DNA of 64,000 nt from Minisyncoccia bacterium (GTDB lineage Bacteria > Patescibacteriota > Minisyncoccia > Phycocordibacterales > UBA918). The number at the start of each line of letters is the position of its first letter. The first letter of the stretch is position 1. A program made the position numbers and the translations under genes. Positions 1-9,883 of this stretch are shown piece after piece. The notes under the pieces were generated by a model. It was not told where the DNA came from and searched no databases. It saw only the letters and a list, made by a program, of their open reading frames with translations. Location: contig JBKBPM010000001.1 in assembly GCA_046293175.1 (NCBI GenBank), positions 235,446 to 299,445 of the forward strand, in the 5' to 3' direction.

Positions 1-392
1 GGCTGTCCTTACCGTCGAAATGGCGGAAGGAACTTGGATCAACGGTGATTGTTACTCGAGGTCTTGATAACTGTCTCTTTGTGTATCCGCAGGCCGAGTG
101 GGAGAAAATAACCGAGAAAATCGGTCAACTCCCACTCGGAAGCGCGGACACACGAAGTTTTAATCGCTTCTTTCTATCCGGTGCAGTGGAAGTGGAGGTG
201 GATAGTGTTGGACGAATTCTCGTTCCAGATTTCTTGAAGGATTTTGCGAAGCTCGAAAGCAAAGTGGTGCTCGCCGGAATCCATGATCGTGTAGAAATTT
301 GGGATGATAATCGTTGGACTGAGTACGTAGCTCGTATCGAGATGCAGGCTGACTCCCTCGCGGAGAAGCTCTCGGATATCGGGGTGCTCTAG
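1..392 (+). CDS. mraZ: Transcriptional regulator MraZ, 5'-truncated by the window edge. The frame is open from nt 3 and encodes LSLPSKWRKELG, typical of the first MraZ repeat.
   Basis: Translation has the MraZ second-repeat motif VYPQAEWEK, and the upstream frame is open to the window start. It sits immediately before rsmH, as in dcw clusters. Confidence 0.8.
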   Translation, partial: LSLPSKWRKELGSTVIVTRGLDNCLFVYPQAEWEKITEKIGQLPLGSADTRSFNRFFLSGAVEVEVDSVGRILVPDFLKDFAKLESKVVLAGIHDRVEIWDDNRWTEYVARIEMQADSLAEKLSDIGVL

Positions 393-428
393 TCGCTATC
401 AAATTCTTCATAACTATGGAATGAGCGC

Positions 429-1319
429 ATGGAGCATATTACCGTTTTACAACAGGAAGCTGTCAGCGCGCTCGCCCTACAATCGGCGAGCGTCGTCGTT
501 GATGCTACCTTAGGAGCCGGTGGCCATGCAGGGGAGATGCTCAAGGTCTTGGGTAAAGACGGCGCATACATCGGCTTTGATGCTGATGCTAAGGCCATCG
601 CCTATGCAAAAAAGACGCTCAAAGGGCAGGCTGCTATCAAGCTGGTGCACGAAAACTTCGCCAATCTTGATGCCGTCCTCACCGAACAGGGAATAAGGGA
701 GGTGGACGCAGTACTGGCTGACCTCGGTTGGCGTACTGACCAGTTCATCGAGGCAGGCCGCGGCTTCTCATTTAATGATGAGGAAGGTCTCGCGATGACC
801 TACGGCGACGCTACAGATTACAGCTTCACCGCCTACGACATCGTAAACGACTGGGCCGAAAGCGATATCGCGAACGTCCTCTACGCCTACGGCGAAGAGC
901 ACTACTCGAGACGCATCGCGAGAGCCATCGTAGAGGCCCGGGCCAAAGCGCCAATTACCTCGGGCAAGGCCCTGGCCGACATCATTGAGTCTGCAGTGCC
1001 AGGCCCATATCGGCGAGGCAAGACGCACGCCGCGACCAAGTCCTTTCAAGGACTGCGTATCGCGGTGAATGATGAGTTCGATACCCTCGAAACCTTCATC
1101 AATAGTGCGTTTATGCATCTCCGACCCGGTGGCCGGCTCGCCATCATTTCCTTCCATAGTTTAGAGGATCGCATAGTGAAGTTGGCTTTTAAAGCCTTTG
1201 TACACGATCAAAAAGGTGTCTTGGTCACCAAAAAACCAATCATTGCGAGCGAGGCAGAGCTCAAAATAAATCCCCGTGCCCGCAGCGCTAAACTCCGAGT
1301 TATTGAAAAAATTGTTTAA
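429..1319 (+). CDS. rsmH: 16S rRNA (cytosine1402-N4)-methyltransferase RsmH (MraW)
   Basis: The N-terminus MEHITVLQQE..VVDATLGAGGHA is the SAM-binding motif of RsmH. Length (296 aa) and the position after mraZ fit. Confidence 0.9.
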   Translation: MEHITVLQQEAVSALALQSASVVVDATLGAGGHAGEMLKVLGKDGAYIGFDADAKAIAYAKKTLKGQAAIKLVHENFANLDAVLTEQGIREVDAVLADLGWRTDQFIEAGRGFSFNDEEGLAMTYGDATDYSFTAYDIVNDWAESDIANVLYAYGEEHYSRRIARAIVEARAKAPITSGKALADIIESAVPGPYRRGKTHAATKSFQGLRIAVNDEFDTLETFINSAFMHLRPGGRLAIISFHSLEDRIVKLAFKAFVHDQKGVLVTKKPIIASEAELKINPRARSAKLRVIEKIV

Positions 1320-1329
1320 TACCACCCAT

Positions 1330-1665
1330 ATGAGTCGCCTTCAGAACATACCACAAACAATGCCATCATATATGAACCCAACCTTTTGGGTGACTACTTT
1401 GTCTTTTGTTTTGTTTGTTCTAATTGTGTCCTACATGTACTTTTTGTCGATGTCGGTGGTTCATGTGGTGTTTCGTAAGGAATCACATCATGATGCACGG
1501 CAGCTTGAATCAGAGATTTCAGCGCTTGAGGCGACTTACATTGAAGCACAGCATGCGGTGAGTGAGCGCATTGCAAGTGCCGAAGCACTCTCAGAGACAA
1601 ACGAAAAGATTTTTGTCTCTCGGGTACCAGCTACTGTGGCCTTATCTCGAACTGGTGCTGAATAG
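1330..1665 (+). CDS. FtsL-like cell division protein: small bitopic membrane protein with a coiled-coil region
   Basis: ATG at 1330 is in frame within ORF 1276-1665. One TM helix (TTLSFVLFVLIVSYMYFL) is followed by a coiled-coil segment. It lies between rsmH and ftsI, as ftsL does. Confidence 0.55.
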   Translation: MSRLQNIPQTMPSYMNPTFWVTTLSFVLFVLIVSYMYFLSMSVVHVVFRKESHHDARQLESEISALEATYIEAQHAVSERIASAEALSETNEKIFVSRVPATVALSRTGAE

Positions 1666-1666
1666 T

Positions 1667-3385
1667 ATGCGACGTGTGATGACAACCCCAAGTCGAATCC
1701 GTATCGTCACTGGGGTTATTCTCTGTATCGGTTTTTTGCTTATTGTCCGTCTCTACTACGTCCAGATAGTACAAGGTGACGTGTATCAAGAGCGCGCCCG
1801 CAAACAGTATGTACACACGGCACAAAATATCTTTGACCGCGGTACCATCTATTACACGACCAAAGATGGAGAAAAGGTGGGGGCAGCTAGCATGAAATCT
1901 GGCTATGTACTCGCTGTAAATCCAACGATGATTACTGACGCTGCCGCCATCTATGAGAAACTTTCACCGATTTTGCCCCTTGACCGAGAGGAGTTCATTC
2001 GCAAAGCCACACTGCCGAACCGCACCTATGTCGAGATTGAACCGCACGTGACCGAAGATAAAGCGCCAGCCATAGAAGCCTTAGATGAAGACGGGGTGCA
2101 ACTTTATCGTACTCAGTGGCGGTACTACCCGGGACATGAGGTCGGGGCGCGGAGTATCGGTTTTATTGGGTATGGGGATGAGGGTAACATCGAGCGGGGT
2201 AAGTACGGACTTGAATACGCATATGATGATGTCTTGTTTCGCAACAACACAGAGATGTCCGTAAACTTCTTTGCGGAGATATTCAGTAACCTTGGCAACC
2301 TCGTTTTTGATAATGAAGAGCAGAAACAGGGTGATATTGTTACTACCATTGAACCAACGGTGGCCCGTATGCTTGACCGTGTCCTCATGGATACGCAGAC
2401 AAAGTATAATAGTACGCTCACGGGAGGTATTATTATGGATCCTCAGACAGGGGAGATACGAGCCCTCAGCGCCGTCCCGACCTATGATCCGAACAACCGC
2501 GCAGATGCTAGTATTGAGCTGTTTCAAAATCCACTCGTTGAAAACGTCTACGAGATGGGTTCAATTATTAAGGCACTTACCGTAGCAGCTGGACTCGATA
2601 GTAAAGTGATTACTCCTGATTCAACCTACTATGACTCTGGTTTTCTTGAGCTCAACACCTTTACGATCAAAAACTTCGACGGGAAAGGGCGGGGAACAGT
2701 CGATATGCAAGAGGTGCTCAATCAGTCACTCAACACCGGTGTGGCCCATATCGTCGGGCTCATGGGACACAAGCGTTTCCGTGAGTACTTTATGAACCTG
2801 AAGCTTGGAAGTGAGTCAGGGATTGATATACCGAATGAAGCAACTGGACTGGTGGCAAACCTAGAGTCACCGCGAGAGGTCGAATATGCCACCGCCTCCT
2901 TCGGACAGGGTATTGCGATGACGCCAATTGCGACCGTTCGCGCGCTTTCCACGCTTGGTAACGGCGGGCACCTCATTACGCCTCACCTTGTCAAAGAAAT
3001 TGAATATACGGACGGTACAAAGAAGGAGATTACCTACCCTGATGGTGCCCAAGTCTTTAGACCAGAGACTAGTGAGACGGTATCACGTATGCTTGCAACC
3101 GTAGTTGATGAGGCGCTTCGTGGTGGTAAGGTAGCGCTGCCACACCATACCATCGCTGCGAAGACCGGTACCGCTCAGATTGCCAAGCCTGGGGGTGGCT
3201 ACTATGACGACCGCTACCTCCACTCATTTTTTGGCTATTTTCCAGCCTATGACCCACAATTTATTGTTTTCCTGTATACTGTAGAACCAAAGGGGGTGCA
3301 GTACGCGTCTGAGACATTGACCGAACCGTTTATGGATCTCACTACCTTTTTGATTAATTACTACAATATTCCACCTGATCGTTAG
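1667..3385 (+). CDS. ftsI: Peptidoglycan D,D-transpeptidase FtsI / penicillin-binding protein (class B PBP)
   Basis: N-terminal TM helix, a PBP dimerisation region, and a transpeptidase region with SIIK (SxxK) and KTGT motifs. The start ATG at 1667 directly follows the ftsL stop. Confidence 0.85.
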   Translation: MRRVMTTPSRIRIVTGVILCIGFLLIVRLYYVQIVQGDVYQERARKQYVHTAQNIFDRGTIYYTTKDGEKVGAASMKSGYVLAVNPTMITDAAAIYEKLSPILPLDREEFIRKATLPNRTYVEIEPHVTEDKAPAIEALDEDGVQLYRTQWRYYPGHEVGARSIGFIGYGDEGNIERGKYGLEYAYDDVLFRNNTEMSVNFFAEIFSNLGNLVFDNEEQKQGDIVTTIEPTVARMLDRVLMDTQTKYNSTLTGGIIMDPQTGEIRALSAVPTYDPNNRADASIELFQNPLVENVYEMGSIIKALTVAAGLDSKVITPDSTYYDSGFLELNTFTIKNFDGKGRGTVDMQEVLNQSLNTGVAHIVGLMGHKRFREYFMNLKLGSESGIDIPNEATGLVANLESPREVEYATASFGQGIAMTPIATVRALSTLGNGGHLITPHLVKEIEYTDGTKKEITYPDGAQVFRPETSETVSRMLATVVDEALRGGKVALPHHTIAAKTGTAQIAKPGGGYYDDRYLHSFFGYFPAYDPQFIVFLYTVEPKGVQYASETLTEPFMDLTTFLINYYNIPPDR

Positions 3386-3389
3386 CAAT

Positions 3390-4679
3390 ATGAAAGACGC
3401 CTTCAAGAAAGTTGTATACGCCGTTCTTACTTTTGAGGCTAAACTACTCCTCCGTCGCACGAAGCCGATTGTGATTGCTGTCACTGGTAGTGTCGGGAAG
3501 ACCTCTACCAAAGATGCGATTTTTGCTGTGCTTAAGAACCACCGCAAAGCCCGCAAGAGTGAAAAGAGTTTCAATTCAGAGATTGGGGTGCCACTGTCAG
3601 TGCTCGGGCTTCCGAACGGTTGGGACAATCCCATCGTGTGGATCACCAATATCATTGAGGGCTTCTTCATAGCTGCTTTCAGTCGCAATTACCCCGAAGT
3701 GTTGGTACTTGAAGCCGGCGTCGATCGCCCGGGTGATATGAAATCCTTAACTGCATGGCTCCGGCCTGATATCGCGGTGATTACTCGGCTTCCCGACGTG
3801 CCGGTGCATGTTGAGTACTTCAGTACACCGGAAGCAGTGGCTGAAGAAAAGCTCGAACTTGTGCGGGCGCTTAAGCCAAACGGTGTCTTTGTTTACAATC
3901 ATGATGATGCGAAGCTCCTTGAAGCGGTCGCTGATGTCCGTCAGCCGAGTGTTGGCTTTAGTCGCTATGCACCATCACAATTTACGGCGGCTGGGGATGA
4001 GATTGTGTATCGTGACGATGTACCAGTAGGGTCGCAGTTTACCTTGACGCATATGGACGAGACCGTGATGATTAGGGTCAATAGCTCAATTGGCATTCAA
4101 AACGCTTACACGTACAGTGCGGCAGCAGCTGTCGCGGCCCAGTTCGATATACCGCTCACCGCTGTGGCTGAGGCTGTACGTTCACACGTCGGGCCGGCGG
4201 GCCGGATGCGGGTGATTCCGGGTATCAAGGCCACCTGTATCCTTGATGATACCTACAACTCTTCACCAATTGCGGTTGAGGCATCACTCCAGACTCTCAA
4301 AGAGCTTCGGGGCTTTAATCGCAAAATTGCTGTCCTGGGCGACATGCTTGAGCTTGGACAATTTTCAACTCGAGAGCATGAGCGTATTGGTGAGGTAGCG
4401 GCCGGTGCAGTGGATATGCTTATCACCATAGGTGTCCGTTCGCGCAAGACTGCTGAGGGTGCTCTTGAGCACGGTCTGTCTGAAAAGCAGATTTTCCAGT
4501 ACGAAGATTCGGCAACAGCTGGTAAAGAGCTGCAGCAACTTATCAAGCCAGGAGACGTCATTCTCGTGAAAGGCTCACAAGGGGTGCGTGCCGAGCGGGT
4601 AGTGGAGGAGATTATGGCGGAGCCGGAAAGAGCAGGGGAACTTCTTGTTCGCCAAGACACCGCTTGGAAGCGCCGCTAA
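3390..4679 (+). CDS. murF: UDP-N-acetylmuramoyl-tripeptide--D-alanyl-D-alanine ligase MurF
   Basis: Mur ligase P-loop AVTGSVGKTSTKD. Length 429 aa and the dcw context fit. Confidence 0.85.
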   Translation: MKDAFKKVVYAVLTFEAKLLLRRTKPIVIAVTGSVGKTSTKDAIFAVLKNHRKARKSEKSFNSEIGVPLSVLGLPNGWDNPIVWITNIIEGFFIAAFSRNYPEVLVLEAGVDRPGDMKSLTAWLRPDIAVITRLPDVPVHVEYFSTPEAVAEEKLELVRALKPNGVFVYNHDDAKLLEAVADVRQPSVGFSRYAPSQFTAAGDEIVYRDDVPVGSQFTLTHMDETVMIRVNSSIGIQNAYTYSAAAAVAAQFDIPLTAVAEAVRSHVGPAGRMRVIPGIKATCILDDTYNSSPIAVEASLQTLKELRGFNRKIAVLGDMLELGQFSTREHERIGEVAAGAVDMLITIGVRSRKTAEGALEHGLSEKQIFQYEDSATAGKELQQLIKPGDVILVKGSQGVRAERVVEEIMAEPERAGELLVRQDTAWKRR

Positions 4680-4857
4680 ATCCCAAAAGCGAATAAATTA
4701 GCTCATCTTCTTTGTTGCCAGCGTCGTTGCGACAGTCACCGTACCACTGTACGTCTCCCTTGCAACTCCTCGGCGCCGCGAATCTAAGCCAATTTATTTA
4801 CTTTTAGTTGTGGCTAAAGGGATCAATTTAAGTAATCCAAGAAAGTTCTAAAAACGG

Positions 4858-4892
4858 TAAAGGCATGGCACTTCGTGCCATGCCTTTACACG
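4858..4892 (+). terminator. Rho-independent terminator after murF. Perfect 13-bp stem AAAGGCATGGCAC/GTGCCATGCCTTT with TTCG loop.
   Basis: Inverted repeat read directly from the sequence, followed by TTT. Confidence 0.6.
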
Positions 4893-4914
4893 TGGCAAAA
4901 TAAGCATATAGTAT
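4886..4914 (+). promoter_or_regulatory. Sigma70-like promoter TTACAC-17-TAGTAT ending 6 nt before the ATG at 4921, giving a leaderless transcript
   Basis: Hexamers and spacing read from the sequence. There is no Shine-Dalgarno sequence before the ATG. Confidence 0.4.
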
Positions 4915-4920
4915 TGGTAT

Positions 4921-5850
4921 ATGGATACATTAAGATATATTGCAGGAGGATTTTTGGCGGTGGTTTTATTGGTAACGAGTACCCCAACCGCTGATGCCTA
5001 CACAACGTACAACAGTAATGTCCGTGAGATTGCCGAATTGCAGGCCGAGATTATGCGCCTGCAGGCGCAGCTTGATGCGCTTCGTGGCTACAACAGTGGC
5101 TATAACAATAGTTGGGGTAACCAGAGTGGTGTTGTGACCACCGGTGGTGCCACTCATAAGGGTAGTGGCGACGTAGAGTTTCGTGGTTCTGCTCGTCCTG
5201 GCTCAACGCAGTCAAAAGTTTGGTTTGAATTTGGACCAAATCGTTCACTCTCATACAGTACACCAAAGTTGAGCCTTGGTAACAGTAGTAATAATACCCG
5301 CAACTTCACCGGTTACGCCTACGACCTTGGTCGCGGCACCTACTACTACCGGGCCGTGCTCGAAGACCGCCGTGGTAATGTCTATGAAGGAGCTATACAG
5401 ACCATTACTGTTAGTTCTGGTTCAACTAGTTACTATGATGACTGGTGGGATCGTTATGACACCTGGAATGATGACGATGAAGATATTCCAGATGTACAGA
5501 CGAACAGTGCTCGAAATGTAACCAGCAGCCGTGCCGAGCTTCGCGGTGAAGTAGATATGCGTGACACCGAAAACGGCATTGTCTTCTTTGTGTACGGTGA
5601 AGATGAAGATCAGGTAGAAGATGCGGCTGACGAAGACCGCTACAGTGATATCGATACTGACAACGAAGACCTCCAGAAAGTAAAAGTCGCTTCCAACTTC
5701 GATGACGAAGACGACTTCTACGCAGTAGTGACGGGACTTAATGACGATACTGACCACTACTTCCGCATCTGTGTTGAGTACGAGGATGAGGACAATGACG
5801 ACCACCTCGAGTGTGGGGATGTCGAATCATTCGACACAGACCGCTATTAG
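4921..5850 (+). CDS. Secreted or anchored protein with an N-terminal signal/TM, a short coiled coil, two Fn3-like repeats (FEYG...TxYYYR pattern) and an extremely acidic D/E-rich C-terminal half
   Basis: N-terminus FLAVVLLVTSTPTADA. Repeat 1 is VEFRGSARPGS..VWFEFGP..TGYAYDLGRGTYYYRAV. Repeat 2 is AELRGEV..IVFFVYGEDED..TGLNDDTDHYFRICVEYEDEDNDD. Confidence 0.6.
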   Translation: MDTLRYIAGGFLAVVLLVTSTPTADAYTTYNSNVREIAELQAEIMRLQAQLDALRGYNSGYNNSWGNQSGVVTTGGATHKGSGDVEFRGSARPGSTQSKVWFEFGPNRSLSYSTPKLSLGNSSNNTRNFTGYAYDLGRGTYYYRAVLEDRRGNVYEGAIQTITVSSGSTSYYDDWWDRYDTWNDDDEDIPDVQTNSARNVTSSRAELRGEVDMRDTENGIVFFVYGEDEDQVEDAADEDRYSDIDTDNEDLQKVKVASNFDDEDDFYAVVTGLNDDTDHYFRICVEYEDEDNDDHLECGDVESFDTDRY

Positions 5851-6040
5851 AAACGAGCTACAGAGCGTGTAGCGCGAAAATGGCGAAATGACCTAATTTT
5901 TAACTACGTAAGGAGTATAAAAACGGAAATACCCTTGTGGTGTCCGTGAGTTGGGGCTATCCATAATGCCCCAATCCACGTCGCTCAGCTACCGCGTACT
6001 TTAGTTAGCATCTAATAACTTCTTAAAGTTAAAGATAATC

Positions 6041-6079
6041 AAACAAAAGACAGTGAGGCAACTCCTGCTGTCTTTTGTT
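6041..6079 (+). terminator. Hairpin terminator: 12-bp stem AACAAAAGACAG/CTGTCTTTTGTT with a 14-nt loop
   Basis: Perfect inverted repeat downstream of the 4921-5850 gene. Confidence 0.5.
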
Positions 6080-6110
6080 ATACTGTGTACGTATTCAATA
6101 ATTTTTGTTT

Positions 6111-6470
6111 ATGACTATACAAGAAATAGCCGCCCGTGTTGTAGAGCTTAATCGTGCGAATGATCACGAAACTGTGTATCGCGAGCTTTATACACCAGAT
6201 GCGGTCAGTATCGAGAACTGGGGAGGCAAGCCAGATCGCTATGAAGGGCTTGAGGCCATTGCGAAGAAGGGAGCCAATTGGATGGAGAGTGTCGCCGAAA
6301 TGCACGAGGTTATTGTGGGAGAGCCGGTTATTGCTGATGAATCGTTTGCCATGACCTTTAGTATGGATATCACCTACAAGGATCCAGCCTTGGGTCGCCA
6401 GAAGATGACGGAGCTTGCGATTTATACCGTAAAAGACGGTAAGATTATAGAAGAAGAATTTAGAGCGTAA
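6111..6470 (+). CDS. NTF2-like / SnoaL-like small protein, uncharacterized
   Basis: About 120 aa with a composition and length typical of the NTF2 fold. The true ATG is at 6111; the ORF-track start at 6105 is a TTG. Confidence 0.45.
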   Translation: MTIQEIAARVVELNRANDHETVYRELYTPDAVSIENWGGKPDRYEGLEAIAKKGANWMESVAEMHEVIVGEPVIADESFAMTFSMDITYKDPALGRQKMTELAIYTVKDGKIIEEEFRA

Positions 6471-6524
6471 ATCTAAGCGTTATACACAACCGGATTAGTG
6501 CTCCATAAGGTATAATCTTTGTAC

Positions 6525-6791
6525 ATGAAGCCCACCATTTACATCGATGTCCGTCGTCCTGAAGAGTTCGCCACCGGACGTTTGCCGGGAGCTCGCAATA
6601 TCAGTATTGAAGAAGATCCGGCGGCTGTTGATGAAATTATTTCCTTGGCCGCAGAAAATAACGTGATTGTCTACTGCCATTCAACCATTCGTTCGAACTA
6701 CGTCTGTACCCTCCTTGAAGCCAAGCATGGGGTGAAGGTAGGACAGCTTGAAGGGGGATTAATGTTGTATCAAGGCCCACTTGAGCACTAG
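6525..6791 (+). CDS. Single-domain rhodanese-like sulfurtransferase
   Basis: Rhodanese motifs: IDVRRPEEFATGRLPGARNI, and active-site Cys in VYCHSTIRS. A TATAAT box sits 8 nt upstream of the ATG. Confidence 0.7.
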   Translation: MKPTIYIDVRRPEEFATGRLPGARNISIEEDPAAVDEIISLAAENNVIVYCHSTIRSNYVCTLLEAKHGVKVGQLEGGLMLYQGPLEH

Positions 6792-6806
6792 AGAGTGCGT
6801 AGTTAT

Positions 6807-6841
6807 AAGAAAAGCCTGGACTCATAGTCCAGGCTTTTCTT
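6807..6841. terminator. Bidirectional Rho-independent terminator AAGAAAAGCCTGGACT-CATA-AGTCCAGGCTTTTCTT between convergent genes
   Basis: Perfect 16-bp inverted repeat flanked by T/A runs on both strands. Confidence 0.7.
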
Positions 6842-6852
6842 ATAAATGAGTC

Positions 6853-7020
6853 TTACCAACCAATTGGGAGCACACCACCCGCCTGAGTGAAGCCAACCGC
6901 AAAGCCGATAAACGGTATCATGACGAAAAGTACCGCCGCAAGTATTTTTGAAAATGAGGTGACTTCGTTGGCACGCTTAAATGATAAAAGCTTTTTGGCT
7001 GATGTTTGTGGGATTTTCAT
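6853..7020 (-). CDS. Possible 55-aa small membrane protein (MKIPQTSAKKLLSFKRANEVTSFSKILAAVLFVMIPFIGFAVGFTQAGGVLPIGW)
   Basis: ORF below the 60-aa track cutoff, translated by hand. One TM helix, ending at the bidirectional terminator. No clear RBS. Confidence 0.3.
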   Translation of the reverse strand: MKIPQTSAKKLLSFKRANEVTSFSKILAAVLFVMIPFIGFAVGFTQAGGVLPIGW

Positions 7021-7100
7021 ATGGTGATACTGATACGACTGTATTGTACCGTGTATGTGTATGTGGCGGAGTAGCGGCGTGTTGATAGGTTAAATCTAGG

Positions 7101-7601
7101 TTACTCATCACGAAGCGAATGTTTTTGCAAAGGCGGTAAATTCATCTCGGCACGACGGTTGTTTACCTCTATTTCATCTGCGATGGGTGCTAAAGTTTCT
7201 TTCCCGTCTTTAATAATTCTTTGAGTACCGTATAATTGAGCCTCACCGAGTCGTACGCGAATGCGGTCCTCTAGATAGGCGATGTTTGCTTGGTCTACCT
7301 CATGCACTGGTAACTCCTTCATTAAATTAAGGCAGGTAATTTGAAACGCCACATCATACGAATGCTGAACTAACAACCAAGCATTATAAGAAGCATTAGC
7401 ACCAACTTTAGTTATAGAGGGCCAACCTATCTCGGCAACGATTTCTTTTAGACGATTGGTGTTCTGTATATCAATAGAATCATCCCAGTGTTCACCAACA
7501 AGTCCTTGACGACGCATTTCTTGATCAGCTTCTTTCATATTGGTTATCTCATCAGCTAATTGAGAGAATGGGATTTTTCCAAATGAGTGTTCGTCAATCA
7601 T
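7101..7601 (-). CDS. Hypothetical protein, about 166 aa
   Basis: Protein-like composition. The likely start is MIDEHSFGK at 7601, and the ORF-track extension upstream lacks support. No recognizable family. Confidence 0.5.
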   Translation of the reverse strand: MIDEHSFGKIPFSQLADEITNMKEADQEMRRQGLVGEHWDDSIDIQNTNRLKEIVAEIGWPSITKVGANASYNAWLLVQHSYDVAFQITCLNLMKELPVHEVDQANIAYLEDRIRVRLGEAQLYGTQRIIKDGKETLAPIADEIEVNNRRAEMNLPPLQKHSLRDE

Positions 7602-7634
7602 AGTAGTAGTATACCGGGATTGTTTATACGATAC

Positions 7635-7666
7635 AAAGAGCCCCGCAGATCCGGACGGGGCTCTTT
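7635..7666. terminator. Symmetric hairpin AAAGAGCCCCG-(10 nt)-CGGGGCTCTTT, candidate bidirectional terminator or attenuator
   Basis: 11-bp inverted repeat with A/T runs on both sides. Confidence 0.4.
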
Positions 7667-8099
7667 GGGGCTTGGGGGTGGCACGGCTTACTGCTAACCA
7701 CTGCAGTTTTTTTGAAGAATGCAAGTGGTAGAAGAATAAATAGGTTTATTCCAAAGGTAATCCAAGCCATATTTATTAACCACTGCAAGACATGCTCTCC
7801 AACCCAGACAGCCCCTAGAATCATCTATAAACTAATTAGAATAAGTAGCAACAAAAAACCTGCACCTATCACAAATCCTATAACATTTTTTAATCCATCA
7901 ATCATTTATAAACGATACTCCTAAACTTTTAGCGTTGCAAATATTGTCCCTATTGTACATGTGTATTTTTAAGCATGAGATTGTTGCAATTTTAGTAATG
8001 CACACCACATATAACAAGTCTTGATTTTACCTACCGTTGTGATATTATGAGATCGTCTTACGGTTTTCCATTAAACCGCAAGGGTTTTACATCCAAGGG

Positions 8100-8132
8100 C
8101 AGCCCTCCTCGCGGAGGGCTGTTTCTATTTTT
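8100..8132 (+). terminator. Rho-independent terminator CAGCCCTCC-TCGC-GGAGGGCTG followed by TTTCTATTTTT
   Basis: Inverted repeat plus T-tract on the + strand in a region with no protein gene upstream. May end a small RNA transcribed from about 7.9-8.1 kb. Confidence 0.45.
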
Positions 8133-8174
8133 GGGCTCGATATTTGAGACTAGATCCCCAGATGTCTTCAGTTA

Positions 8175-8545
8175 CAGTAAGTATGTCAGTATACCCGTCT
8201 GTGCCAGTTCGTAGCTCGGAAGAGACATTATTATATTATGTGACGAGTACACATAGACTTTCTTCCCAGCATTGCGAAGGTAGGTAATTAGGGCCAAGAA
8301 GTCGGAGTCCCCAGTAAAGAAAAAGCGATGTCAAACTTATCTTTATAGTGAACAGCATCAATGGTCATTTCTACATCCATGTTACCTTTCTCATGAATGA
8401 CATTTCCAACTTCAGTTGCCGTTGTGATACGTTTTAATTCTTTTTTGCGCACAACAAAACCAAGACCTTTCTTGAGGTAAGTAAAAAACTTGTGCTTTCC
8501 ATCAGTATCATATGTCCGCGTACCATCTGCAGGGGTAAGCAGTAT
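8175..8545 (-). pseudogene. NYN-domain (LabA/COG1432-like) gene remnant, N-terminally truncated and frameshifted
   Basis: Minus-strand hand translation gives ..KGNMDVEMTIDAVHYKDKFDIAFS, then a frame change, then FTGDSDFLALITYLRNAGKKVYVYSS. These are the conserved NYN motifs split across two frames. No start codon and no ORF of at least 60 aa. Confidence 0.55.
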
Positions 8546-8966
8546 AATAATAATGAGTCACTGACACGGCATTGTAATGAGTCGCTAGGTATCTCCTGAG
8601 TTTTTCAAAATCAAAAAGCCGTCCCTTTACCTTTTGGGCTTGCTATACGTTTGAGGCATCGATGAATACTGCTACTCTAGGACTCGTTACACTCACGGTT
8701 TTAAATTATAACATGTCAATTCTAAGTAAGAAGTTTTTTAAGGTAGTACCCCCAAACGATGATCTTACGGAGAATCGGTCCTTACAGGACCAGTACCCGT
8801 TGTCGCTAGAGTGAAGAGGATCGGTCACGAGTATATTTCGTTGTGGTCACGAGTTACTAACTATAATTGTTCGCTGCGCTCCAATTCAAGTAAGTACTCG
8901 CGACCCCGGCTCGCTGGTTCGGCTCCTGCGGAGTCGCATCACATCGCTGCGCCCGTCACAAACCAG

Positions 8967-9006
8967 CAAAACAAAACCGCTTGTATATACAAGCGGTTTT
9001 GTTTTG
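8967..9006. terminator. Perfect 19-bp-arm palindrome CAAAACAAAACCGCTTGTATA/TATACAAGCGGTTTTGTTTTG just downstream of tRNA-Glu
   Basis: Read from the sequence. Ideal bidirectional terminator. Confidence 0.6.
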
Positions 9007-9014
9007 CTGATTTG

Positions 9015-9086
9015 TGACCCTACGGAGAATCGAACTCCGATTTTCAGGATGAAAACCTGATGTCCTAGCCGTTAGACGATAGGGCC
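9015..9086 (-). tRNA. tRNA-Glu (anticodon UUC). CCA is not encoded.
   Basis: The minus-strand sequence GGCCCTATCGTCTAACGGCTAGGACATCAGGTTTTCATCCTGAAAATCGGAGTTCGATTCTCCGTAGGGTCA folds as a cloverleaf and closely parallels E. coli tRNA-Glu, with anticodon loop TTTTCAT. Confidence 0.85.
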
Positions 9087-9159
9087 ATAATATTTAATTT
9101 TTTCTTCCAACTCCTTCAAATTTTTGTTCACTATCAGGTTTTCATTGATGAAAACTTTT

Positions 9160-9219
9160 CCTACGGATGAAATTATGTCCCACATAATTTCATTATCCTA
9201 GCCGTTAGACGATAGGGCC
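9160..9219 (-). pseudogene. Degenerate partial tRNA-Glu copy. The 5' acceptor and D-arm (26 nt) are identical to the tRNA above. The anticodon arm is replaced by a 12-bp hairpin (ATGAAATTATGT/ACATAATTTCAT), then a TCCGTAGG remnant of the 3' end.
   Basis: Direct repeat ATGGCCCTATCGTCTAACGGCTAGGA at 9194-9222 and 9061-9088 (minus orientation). Downstream pieces match tRNA-Glu T-stem and anticodon-loop fragments. Confidence 0.5.
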
Positions 9220-9400
9220 ATTTTATTTGGTTATGCGGCTTTTGTTATGCCTTTGTTCTTTTACTTTTAAGCCCCGAAAGGGGCGCAAAAGTGCCCATAT
9301 TTATAGCAGACAATTAGGAAAAAGGGAAGGGGTGCATAGAGTATTGTTTTTCTTGGTTTATGGCGTAGTATAGACGCAGAAGAATCTGGAGGATACAGGT

Positions 9401-9880
9401 ATGGAAGACAGCGACCAAATAGTACCGGCCCCCATGGAGGTTGTACTGGAGTGGATAAAGACAATCGGAGTTCCATGTTCAACGACGATGAAATCTAACT
9501 CTATAGACTTGGAGTTCGACTCTGAAGGCTTCAGCTATACTGCTAACCTGACTGAAGTGAATCAGAATACGCTAACGATCGTTATTGCCTTTGGACTGCT
9601 GTCTGGAGACAGGGAACTTGAACTACGTCGGCGTATTGGCAAGATCGACAAGGAAATGGGGTACGGTGCACTCATTTACGATGAAGAGCGTCAAGTCGTG
9701 TTGTGGCGCGAATCGATCAACAGCTATGAAGAGTGTCCACTGGAACCGAACGATATCACTGACCTTATATCGGTTGGTATTACCTCATTTGAAGCACTGA
9801 GAATCGGACTTGCTGATTTCATGGGGCTGTCGCCGGCTGATGCTCACCTTGCCAACGTTCATTCGGCTGGACGAGCTTAA
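9401..9880 (+). CDS. YbjN-like (type III secretion chaperone-like fold) putative sensory transduction regulator
   Basis: 159 aa with a good RBS GGAGGATACAGGT-ATG. The pattern VLEWIK..IDLEFDSEGFSYTANL..LTIVIAFGLLSGD..IGKIDKEMGYGALIYDEERQVVLWRESI resembles the YbjN family. Confidence 0.45.
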   Translation: MEDSDQIVPAPMEVVLEWIKTIGVPCSTTMKSNSIDLEFDSEGFSYTANLTEVNQNTLTIVIAFGLLSGDRELELRRRIGKIDKEMGYGALIYDEERQVVLWRESINSYEECPLEPNDITDLISVGITSFEALRIGLADFMGLSPADAHLANVHSAGRA

Positions 9881-9883
9881 AGC